From: Verrucomicrobiota bacterium
Lineage (GTDB): Bacteria; Verrucomicrobiota; Verrucomicrobiia; Limisphaerales; CANJXF01
NCBI GenBank assembly: GCA_038214755.1
Contig: JBBQRQ010000001.1
Location: 64,001-128,000 of the forward strand
Length of the DNA: 64,000 nucleotides
Direction of reading: 5' to 3'
Positions 30,178 to 38,266 of the stretch are shown here, piece after piece; position 1 is the first letter of the stretch, and the number at the start of each line of letters is the position of its first letter. A program made the position numbers and the translations under genes. Below the pieces are notes generated by a model, which saw nothing but the letters and a program-made list of their open reading frames with translations, had not been told where the DNA came from and searched no databases.

Positions 30178-30733
30178 GAAACGCTCGACCTCACCCCGGC
30201 CCTCTCCTCCGAGGAGAGGGAGAATTGTTTGCCGCGTTTTGGTAACGCCTGACGAACTGGGTTGTGATGCGCGTTCTTTTGCGAATGACCCGAAGGCGGG
30301 AATGACACAACGAGCTTCCGAACTTTCCAGAGACGCCGATACTATTCCCTCTCCTCGGGGGAGAGGGTTAGGGTGAGGGCGAGCAATCTCTAACTGGAAC
30401 TCTAATTAACGGAACTATTTTCAGTGAAGAGAAACGCTCGACCTCACCCCGGCCCTCTCCTCCGAGGAGAGGGAGAATTGTTTGCCGCGTTTTGGTAACG
30501 CCTGACGAACTGGGTTGTGATGCGCGTTCTTTTGCGAATGACCCGAAGGCGGGAACGGAACAACGAGTCTCCGAACTTCCAAGAGACGCCGATACTATTC
30601 CCTCTCCTCGGGGGAGAGGGTTTAGGGTGAGGGCGAGCAATTTTTCCACTGACTGGTTACGTTTAGATGGACAGATATTTCGGGGAGACGGTAGAGAATT
30701 CTCCTTCTCCTTGGGGAGAAGGCCGGGATGAGG
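30178..30733. repeat. Tandem ~210-bp duplication of a family F doublet plus an extra arm
   Basis: 30178-30387 and 30429-30640 are nearly identical, including the spacer. Confidence 0.88.
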
Positions 30734-30741
30734 GAGTGCCT

Positions 30742-31230
30742 TCAAACAAACTTTTCTGTCCCGCTCAACTTCTTGATTTCCCTTGCCAAAAGATCAGCCT
30801 GCATTTCCAACGCCGCATTTTCCAGTTCAAGCTGCTTTGTCCATTCATCCAGCACGCCGGGTTTCTCGTAACTATGGTAGCAGCCGACGTGAGGAGGCTC
30901 ACTTCAAACTCGGAACAAGTCAGAGCCTCCTTACGTCGGCTGCTACCTGGAAAGGAATTCCGCGACCACGGCAATTTCCCGTTGCAACGTTTCATGCAGA
31001 CGTTTCAATTGCGCGAGTTCCTCCACGTCCTTGAAATCCAGTTTCGCCCAGCCTTGACGCAGGATGAAGGCTTGCGGGTCATCCGCGATTTCGCGCAGCG
31101 TCTCGATGGCGGCGGTCAGCTTGTGATACGTCTCCAGCTTGTCCGGCTCGTGCGCGAAACGGTCGGGATGATACAGCTTCACCCGCTTCCGCCACAGCCG
31201 CGCCAGTTCCGCTTCCTCCTCGGCGGCCCG
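30742..31230 (-). pseudogene. 3' remnant of a J-domain gene, copy 1, interrupted by a family B doublet
   Basis: LWRKRVKLYHPDRFAHEPDKLETY...GWAKLDF...GTEKFV-stop; REP at 30877-30946. Confidence 0.75.
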
Positions 31231-31349
31231 ACGAGTCGGAAGTGCTCCCGACAAAGTTGGAACTATTTCACGGGGCTGGCGGCTGCACTGACGTATTCCA
31301 CAGAGCGAGCGCAATGTTCAAATCCTGAATGTTCAAATCCTGAAACCAA

Positions 31350-31952
31350 TTAAAAGCCATCGGTCTTGCGGAGCGTTTCGTTGGAGAAAAGAGTGTCGAG
31401 CGCCAAAGTGAATTCTGGCAACGCCGCGCTGGTGAGCGTCCCGCCCGACCCGTGGATGGCATATTCGATAAATTGGCCATCCTTTGGTTGCCGATAAACT
31501 TCAATTTGCTTTTCCGGTCCGAGGACTAACCAGCACTCCTTTACCCCGGCGATGGCGTAAGCGCGCAACTTCGAGCGATCGTAATCGTGGCTGGTCACAC
31601 AGACCTCGACTACCAACTCCGCGGTGCCGGGATGACCAGTGAGGAAATCCTTCGCTTCTCCACAAACCACAGAAATATCCGGCTCCGGTTCCGAATCTTG
31701 GCAAACAATCGGTTGCTCGGAACGAACTAGATGGTTTATGCGCTTCACCGACTGCAACAGTTCGATCAAGCTAAACACCAAAAAACTATGTAGAGGTGTT
31801 TTTGGCAGTTTTTTGTAAACGAACCCGTAAAGAAGCTCGGTATTTTTCGGAATCAATCCCGCCTCGCCCAACACGTGATACGCCGCCACCGAAAGTGGCC
31901 AGAGTTGTGCGCCACGTAAGGGCGTCGTTGGAGTCTCAACCGCAGTTGTCAT
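31350..31952 (-). CDS. Uma2 family endonuclease-fold protein
   Basis: LSVAAYH, TELLYG, SEPEPDI, LVVEV and K...YA.AGV.E.W motifs. Confidence 0.9.
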   Translation of the reverse strand: MTTAVETPTTPLRGAQLWPLSVAAYHVLGEAGLIPKNTELLYGFVYKKLPKTPLHSFLVFSLIELLQSVKRINHLVRSEQPIVCQDSEPEPDISVVCGEAKDFLTGHPGTAELVVEVCVTSHDYDRSKLRAYAIAGVKECWLVLGPEKQIEVYRQPKDGQFIEYAIHGSGGTLTSAALPEFTLALDTLFSNETLRKTDGF

Positions 31953-32138
31953 GGAGCAAATTATACTTGGCGCAAGATTGTCTGCAAGATGGAATCCCAG
32001 ACGACAGAGGACTAAAAACGGCAAGAAAATTAGGGACAGATGAGGCAGAGCGTTCACACTTACCGCACCGATTGGCGGCGGGGCGGTGAGGAAATTGAAT
32101 TGGAGAACTAAAAAACCTGACTTTGTGTTTAACGCTCG

Positions 32139-32293
32139 CCCTCACCTAAATCCTCTCCCCCCGAGGAGAGGACTTCACCTGTCACGTTTTTTGATTTGCT
32201 AAAAAACCATCCTGCAAATCCAGTCGCACGTTTTTTCAAGCGAGGCGGCAAATGATTCTTCCTCTCCTCGGAGGAGAGGGCCGGGGTGAGGAC
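32139..32293. repeat. Family F doublet
   Basis: CCCTCACC...CTCTCCCCCCGAGGAGAGG and CCTCTCCTCGGAGGAGAGGGCCGGGGTGAGG arms. Confidence 0.85.
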
Positions 32294-32299
32294 GAGCGT

Positions 32300-32822
32300 T
32301 TAAACAAATTTTCCTGTGCCGCCCAATTTTCTGATTTCCTTTGCCAGAAGGTCAGCCTGGTTTTCCAACGCCCTGTTTTCTAATTCAAGTTGCTTCTTCC
32401 GCTCTGCTGCCAGTTCAGTTTCAACGATTCTGTGACCACGGCAATTTCCCGTAGCAACGTTTCATGCAGCCGCTTCAATTGCGCGAGTTCTTTCATGTCT
32501 TTGAAATCCAGCTTCGCCCAGCCTTGACGCAGGATGAAGCCGTGCGGGTCTTCCGCGATTTCGCGCAACGTCTCGATGTCGCCGTTGTCCTTCGCGTGAT
32601 TGATGGCGGCGGTCAGCTTCTGATACGTCTCCAGCTTGTTCGGTTCGTTGGCGAAGCGGTCACGATGATACAACTTCACCAACTTTTTCCAGAGTTGCGT
32701 CAACTCGGCTTCCTGCTCGGCGGTCAGTTGCTTCTTTTTGTTCGCCGCCGCCGCCAGTTCTTCGTAATCCCTGTCCGTTTGCGTTTTAGCCTGCTCGAAA
32801 TTCTGCTCCGCCTGTTTCTCTC
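32300..32822 (-). pseudogene. 3' remnant of a J-domain gene, copy 2 (HPD changed to HRD, frameshifted)
   Basis: LWKKLVKLYHRDRFANEPNKLETY...GTGKFV-stop; paralogous to 30742-31230. Confidence 0.75.
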
Positions 32823-32889
32823 CTTAAAGGTTAAGCCTGCGTCGGACCAATTGATTGCTCTCAAAAGCAGATTCTGACCAGAGTTCAAT

Positions 32890-33819
32890 ATGCCGGATCC
32901 AAAAAAGCCTAAAGAAAAAGCTCCACCGAAATTTTACAGCATCGGCGAATGGTTCGGTGCCGACATTACTTCGCTGAGTCCCGAAGATCGGCGGTTGAAT
33001 GCGGCGCTTGCTATTTCGAAAAAGGTGAAGCAACGGCCTTGTCCGTTTCGTCCGGGCCGTCAATGCAACAAGGCAGGAGGCGTCTGTTCTGTGCGGCAGT
33101 ATCAGCGCGGCAATGCAGAAGAACCGATTAAACTGGGTGAGGTCGTGACGACTTGCCCAGCGCGCTTCTTTGACGCGAACGAGATTTTTCGATGGGTTGC
33201 AGAAGTTATGCTCGGAACACAAATGCCACGTGTGATTGGCGAGATTCCTTTTCTGCAAAAGATCAGAATAGAAATTCCCGAAGAAGGAGACGAAGAACCG
33301 GGTGGCGGAGATTTCATCGGGCGCATTGACAATATTCTTGTGCATCCTGATTCATCTGCCGGGCTGAACTGGTGCGCACTGGAAATGCAAGCAGTCTATT
33401 TCTCAGGAGCATCAATGGCGTGGGAGTATAAGGACATTGAAGAAAACCCCGAACAGTTGCGGTTCCCAATTCGCAAACGCCATCCCGATTTTCGTAGCAG
33501 CGGCCCTAAACGCTTGCTGCCTCAGCTTCAAACGAAAGTCCCCGAGCTAACCACGTGGGGAAAGAAAATGGCTATCTGTGTCGATGAATCGTTCTTTGGC
33601 GAGTTAGTCGGCATTGAGGAGTTGAACCATTTGAGCAACGCGCACCTCGCTTGGTTCGTTGTGCGTTACGAATTGGAAGAAGGCCGTTATCGGCTGCGGC
33701 CTAAACGGGTTGTTTTTTCAAAGCTGGACAGCACGGTGAAGGCGCTTACAGGTGGAACGCCATTACCAAAAGAAGTTTTTGAGCAACAGATACGGGCCAA
33801 GCTAGGCTCAAGCTTCTGA
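32890..33819 (+). CDS. NotI-family restriction endonuclease
   Basis: IGEWFG; Cys cluster CPF..QCNKAGGVCS...TCPARF; IDNILV...LEMQAVYFSG; KRLLPQL motifs. Confidence 0.85.
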   Translation: MPDPKKPKEKAPPKFYSIGEWFGADITSLSPEDRRLNAALAISKKVKQRPCPFRPGRQCNKAGGVCSVRQYQRGNAEEPIKLGEVVTTCPARFFDANEIFRWVAEVMLGTQMPRVIGEIPFLQKIRIEIPEEGDEEPGGGDFIGRIDNILVHPDSSAGLNWCALEMQAVYFSGASMAWEYKDIEENPEQLRFPIRKRHPDFRSSGPKRLLPQLQTKVPELTTWGKKMAICVDESFFGELVGIEELNHLSNAHLAWFVVRYELEEGRYRLRPKRVVFSKLDSTVKALTGGTPLPKEVFEQQIRAKLGSSF

Positions 33820-34851
33820 AATATGATCGACCCAGCCCAGATCACGGCCGATTAGTAGCTCAGTCTTCTTCTCGTGATGAGTGTTTTTCATGGCAATGGG
33901 GCGCGATGAAAAACCGAAGCGACGGGCGAGTGCTCTAACTTCTTCGGTGTTGTCGTAGCTCATTAAAAAATCACCGCGCACACGCTGCATTTGTGCGAAG
34001 AGCGCCTCATGGTCAACTTGCCAGCAGGTATAAAGGCGCTTTGCCGCGACGGTATAGGGCGGATCGACATAGAAAACTGTTTCCTCATCTTCTGCATGTT
34101 CGGCGATTAATGCCAAGCCATCCCCTTGAATGAAGACCAACCGATCCTTTCGGGCGTTGATCTCCAAAATTCGTCGCGACAAAGTTTCGGGATACCACCG
34201 CGAGGCTATACCGCGATTTCCTTCGCCGGTTTTCACTAGGCCTGCGCCCGGGGCCATAATTCCGCCTCGCTGCACCCGGTTACGAACCAAAGTCTGAAAC
34301 GCAAGTTCTGGAACAGTAGCCGCCGCGCGTTTCAACTCTGCTCGCACGTGGTCTTCCGTAAGGTCGAAACTCTTAATTTTTTTCGCCAGCCATTCTGCGC
34401 GTCCATTCAATACAATACGCCACACTGCTGCCACAGCACCGTCCATTTCTGAAAAGACAGATTGTCCCGCGAGATTTTCAAACGCCGCGGTGAGACTCAC
34501 GATAGCTCCGCCTGCAAATGGCTCCACAAGACGAGCGGGACGTTGCGGACGGGATTGTAACCAACTCCGCACGTAGGGTACAAACCATGTCTTTCCACCT
34601 GGATAGCGAAATGGACTGCGCTGAGGAATACTAGAAACATTTATTGGGGTATCTATGGAATACTTGACCTCGCGTCTTGGCAGCGTTTCCAACTGAAACG
34701 TTTCCTTTAACTCAGTCGCGCCGTAATTCTCCCCGCCATCCCAAGTCCGGGCGAGTTTCACCAAGCGATCTGCAAAACGGCGAGGCACCCGGATTACCGT
34801 CGTGTCTCCTGCTTTCCACTTCTTGCGGTAGCTAGTGGAGGAAGTTGCCAT
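33808..34851 (-). CDS. Dam/D12-class DNA adenine methyltransferase with an N-terminal extension
   Basis: SPFRYPGGKT, EPFAGGA and YVDPPY motifs. Confidence 0.9.
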   Translation of the reverse strand: MATSSTSYRKKWKAGDTTVIRVPRRFADRLVKLARTWDGGENYGATELKETFQLETLPRREVKYSIDTPINVSSIPQRSPFRYPGGKTWFVPYVRSWLQSRPQRPARLVEPFAGGAIVSLTAAFENLAGQSVFSEMDGAVAAVWRIVLNGRAEWLAKKIKSFDLTEDHVRAELKRAAATVPELAFQTLVRNRVQRGGIMAPGAGLVKTGEGNRGIASRWYPETLSRRILEINARKDRLVFIQGDGLALIAEHAEDEETVFYVDPPYTVAAKRLYTCWQVDHEALFAQMQRVRGDFLMSYDNTEEVRALARRFGFSSRPIAMKNTHHEKKTELLIGRDLGWVDHISEA

Positions 34852-35154
34852 CTTGTTATTGAACGATGTTTTCCACGCCAAGCAAGATTTTGTTACAAGG
34901 GCTCGCTTTTTATAACAAAATACTCGAATAGCGTTGGGAGGATTTGACCCGGCGGCGGAACGGCATTGTGTGAACAGTGACGAAACTGCTCTAGCGCGCA
35001 AATTTCGTTTCGATTTGATGCCGCGAACTCATTTCAAATTCACTTACGCGACAGAGGAGAGGAGTTGGCCAGTAATCAATTCAAAGCTGCCGTTGATGTT
35101 CCCGCTTCCCGTGCAAAATACGAAAGACAATGACGCGTGCGCAAGCACGTGGCG

Positions 35155-35415
35155 CTACACCGCGACCACTTCCACGCGCGGAGAAAAACCGAGTTGATGA
35201 AGGAGCGCCTCGCAATCGTCCCAGGCAAGGCCGAAGGCGCGAACATCCGCCACACCGAGGCGGGCGATGACGGATGAAATCGTCTGGGCATCGCATTCGG
35301 CAAACTCGCCGTCCATCAAGGAGCGTTCCTCCCAATCCACCAACTGCGCCACTGTGATCTCGTGATGAAGATATGCGGCGATTTTGTCGGCAACGGTTTG
35401 TTTCGTGATCGTCAT
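35155..35415 (-). CDS. Hypothetical protein, copy 1
   Basis: 86 aa; near-identical copy at 37065-37334. Confidence 0.75.
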   Translation of the reverse strand: MTITKQTVADKIAAYLHHEITVAQLVDWEERSLMDGEFAECDAQTISSVIARLGVADVRAFGLAWDDCEALLHQLGFSPRVEVVAV

Positions 35416-35559
35416 GGCTGCATCCTACATTTTTTGATGACCTTTATCCATCTTCCATTCTGCGCGGCTCAAACTGGTGAATTCAGCAATCGAACCAATG
35501 TTGTTTTGTCTCAGTTTTACCCGCTTGCTTTGACGCGAATTTTCGGCCAACAGTGAGGC

Positions 35560-35883
35560 ATGGTTGACCGCGCGCAAATTCGGAAGTTCAGCAAGGCCGT
35601 GGCGCAGAAGTTTCGTCCGCGCAAAATTATTCTCTTCGGCTCCTACGCCTATGGCAAGCCGACGGAGGATTCGGACGTGGATTTACTGGTCATCATGCCC
35701 CGCACGCGTGGGCGCGGGGAGCAGATGTCGGTGCGCATCCGGCAGGCCGTGCCCCGGGATTTTCCGCTGGATTTGCTGGTGCGAACACCTGCGGAAGTAA
35801 GCAAGCGTCTGCGCTGGGGTGATTTTTTCCTGCGGGAAGTCATGGAGAAAGGCGAGTTGCTCTATGAAGCCGATCACGCGTGA
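35560..35883 (+). CDS. Minimal nucleotidyltransferase (MNT) antitoxin
   Basis: ILFGSYAYG.PT.DSDVDLLV. Confidence 0.9.
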   Translation: MVDRAQIRKFSKAVAQKFRPRKIILFGSYAYGKPTEDSDVDLLVIMPRTRGRGEQMSVRIRQAVPRDFPLDLLVRTPAEVSKRLRWGDFFLREVMEKGELLYEADHA

Positions 35884-36250
35884 GTGGGCGAAGAAGGCGG
35901 AGGACGACTTCAAAGTCGCCAGCCAGATTCTTCGCCGTCGCAAGGACATTGTGCCCGATGCGGCCTGTTTTTTCTCTGAGCAATGCGTGGAAAAATATCT
36001 CAAGGCGCGGCTGATCGAGGCGGGCATCGTTTTTCCACGGACGCATGACTTGCTACAACTTCTGAATCTTTGTCTCCCGGTTGAACCGCTCTGGTCGGCA
36101 TACGCGAAAACGGTAGATGCAATGTCGGCCTACGCCGTGGATTTTCGGTATCCCGGTCATTCTGCGACTTTGGCGGAAGCCCGCCGGTGTTTGAAAAACT
36201 GCAAGGCGATGCGCCGGGAAATCCGCCTGAGTCTCGGTTTGCCGATGTGA
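35864..36250 (+). CDS. HEPN domain protein
   Basis: W..KAEDD, EQCVEKYLKA, RTHDL and RYPG motifs. Confidence 0.9.
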   Translation: MKPITREWAKKAEDDFKVASQILRRRKDIVPDAACFFSEQCVEKYLKARLIEAGIVFPRTHDLLQLLNLCLPVEPLWSAYAKTVDAMSAYAVDFRYPGHSATLAEARRCLKNCKAMRREIRLSLGLPM

Positions 36251-36379
36251 TGAAGGCGAGATCGGAGAGGATTCTTTGCGTTATTTCCGAATTGCTCGGA
36301 TGCCCACGCGATAGAAAATTTTGTAAGGAAAACGGCGCGCGAGCAAGCGGCTCTGATTTTCAAAAACCGTTCAGCCGTG

Positions 36380-36775
36380 TCAACACTCAATCACGGTCAA
36401 TCCTGTGACTCTGGAAAAATGTCCGTCACGCGCGAGAATTGGCAGTCCGGTTTCGATAGCCAGTGTTGCAATCCAAATTTCGTTGACTGGAATCATCGTT
36501 CCGCTCTGCTCCAATTCGCAGTAGATGCGGGCATAAAGCGCGGGCGTATTGTCGGACACGCGAAAAATGCGCTGGTCGCGCAGGACTTCCACAACTCGCG
36601 ACGCAGCGGCAACCGGGTTGTTCGCTTTCAGGATGCCGACGCTCAATTCAGCGAGTGTGACAAAGCTGATTGCAAAAGATTTGCCTCTGATTTTTTCCTC
36701 AACTGGAGCATCGCGCCGGAGCAAGCGAATGATGGCGCTGGTATCGGCGATGAAGTCAAGGCGCCGACCGTTCAT
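36380..36775 (-). CDS. PIN toxin (VapC-like)
   Basis: IADTSAII, LAEL, IPVNEIWIA and RDGHF motifs. Confidence 0.88.
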   Translation of the reverse strand: MNGRRLDFIADTSAIIRLLRRDAPVEEKIRGKSFAISFVTLAELSVGILKANNPVAAASRVVEVLRDQRIFRVSDNTPALYARIYCELEQSGTMIPVNEIWIATLAIETGLPILARDGHFSRVTGLTVIEC

Positions 36776-36966
36776 GGAACTTGTTCAAAGGCCTCTGCGA
36801 TGTCGTTCTCGAATTTGTCCCAATCTGCGGAGGTCATTTCCTTTTCGGCATCGCGCGAGGCGGGACGTGGAGTTTTGGAGTGAATGACAAATTCATTCGA
36901 GGCTCCATTGACCGGAGTAAACTCGAACGCTTCATTGAAATCTTTCACAAACGTTGCCGAACTCAT
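36772..36966 (-). CDS. Antitoxin partner
   Basis: 64 aa with an acidic C-terminus; 4-nt overlap with the PIN gene. Confidence 0.65.
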   Translation of the reverse strand: MSSATFVKDFNEAFEFTPVNGASNEFVIHSKTPRPASRDAEKEMTSADWDKFENDIAEAFEQVP

Positions 36967-37064
36967 GCCAAAAGGTTAATTGGCTGGAGAAATCTGGGCA
37001 AGCCCTCTTGCATCCACGATTTTAGAACAACAAATGTTTGCGTGTATGCGCAAGATCGTGGCGA

Positions 37065-37334
37065 TTACACCGCGACCGCTTCCACGCGCGGAGAAAAACC
37101 GAGTTGATGAAGGAGCGCCTCGCAATCGTCCCAGGCAATGCCGAAGGCGCGAACATCCGCGACACCGAGGCGGGCGATGACGGATGAAATCGTCTGGGCA
37201 TCGCATTCGGCAAGCTCGCCGTCCATCAAGGCGCGTTCCGCCCAATCCACCAATTGCGCCGGAGTAATCTCGTGATGAAGATACGCGGCGATTTTGTCGG
37301 CGACGGTTTGTTTCTCGTGAATTTCAGCCTTCAC
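37065..37334 (-). CDS. Hypothetical protein, copy 2
   Basis: KQTVADKIAAYLHHEIT...LGFSPRVE; direct repeat of 35155-35400 with a different 5' end. Confidence 0.65.
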   Translation of the reverse strand: MKAEIHEKQTVADKIAAYLHHEITPAQLVDWAERALMDGELAECDAQTISSVIARLGVADVRAFGIAWDDCEALLHQLGFSPRVEAVAV

Positions 37335-37376
37335 GCGAAGCTTGTTTCATTTGATCGAACACGTAAATTGAGTGGC

Positions 37377-37736
37377 GTGAAATTGCTATTGGAAAACCTG
37401 CCGCTCGCCTTGCAGCCGCAACGGGAGACGCTGGCAAAATGTCTGGAGGCGTTCAATCGCGCGCGGCATGTGCGCGCGGTCTATCTGTTCGGCTCGCACG
37501 CGCGCGGGGAGGCGCGTCCTGACAGTGACGTGGATTTGTGCATCGTGGCCGATGGCGCGGAACGGCAGTTGGCGGCGGCAACGGATTTCCGACATGAGCT
37601 TTGGGGTATCTGGCCTCGCCCGGCTTTGACGTTGGTGCCGATTGCGCCGGCGCGATTGGAAGAGAAAAAAGCCTGCGGCGATCACTTCTTTCAAACTGTG
37701 CTAAAGGAGGGCGTGCTGCTTGCCACGGAAAACTGA
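37377..37736 (+). CDS. MNT nucleotidyltransferase
   Basis: YLFGSHARGEARPDSDVDL. Confidence 0.88.
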   Translation: MKLLLENLPLALQPQRETLAKCLEAFNRARHVRAVYLFGSHARGEARPDSDVDLCIVADGAERQLAAATDFRHELWGIWPRPALTLVPIAPARLEEKKACGDHFFQTVLKEGVLLATEN

Positions 37737-38123
37737 TTCCAATAATCTCGGCGACTGGATTTTCTTTGCCGAATCGGATTTGGAAGGCATCCGCGCGCTT
37801 GCCGAAATGGAAGTCAGCCATTCATTATGTCAGAGCAAACTGGCGGAGGTTTTGGAAAAGCTCTGAAGGCAGAATTGCTGCGGCTGGGCTGGTTCTTGGT
37901 CAAGACCCATGACGTGCAGGATTTGGCGGAGGAATTGCGTGTCCGCCAATCCGATCTCTTTCCGGCGTTCAAGCCACTCTGTGATGCGTTGGCGGAACGT
38001 TATTTCACCGACCGTTATCCTGGCTTCGACTTGGAAGAACCCAAGTGGCAGGAGTTCCGCCAATTGGTACAGCAAATGACAGAAGTGCTGGCCAAAGTGA
38101 AAGCGCGTGTTGCAGCCAAGTGA
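37720..38123 (+). pseudogene. HEPN gene with a 1-nt frameshift
   Basis: LPRKTDSNN..DWIFFAESDL...LAEVLEK then a new frame ALKAELLRLGW..KTHD...RYPG; shift in the A run near 37856-37860. Confidence 0.75.
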
Positions 38124-38266
38124 ATTTAAATCGCCGTTCTTCGTATCGGCACTGAGTCAATGCCGCTTAATGGCCTTCCGCTTCTCCGCCTTGCCCGCGC
38201 TCGATTCTCTGATGACAATCCAACCGCAATGAAATTAAAGAAGGCGAGAAGGACGTCGTAGTTCCC

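Noticed and set aside
31313..31343. 15-bp tandem AATGTTCAAATCCTG x2
   Set aside because: Only two units and no second locus in the window, so no function can be supported.
30368..31353. ORFs 30368-30745 (-) and 30667-31353 (+)
   Set aside because: These are read-throughs of family F/B repeats and the antisense of the J-domain remnant.
27187..38125. Integron or prophage interpretation of the island
   Set aside because: No integrase, no phage genes and no consistent attC-like sites are visible, and gene orientations are mixed.
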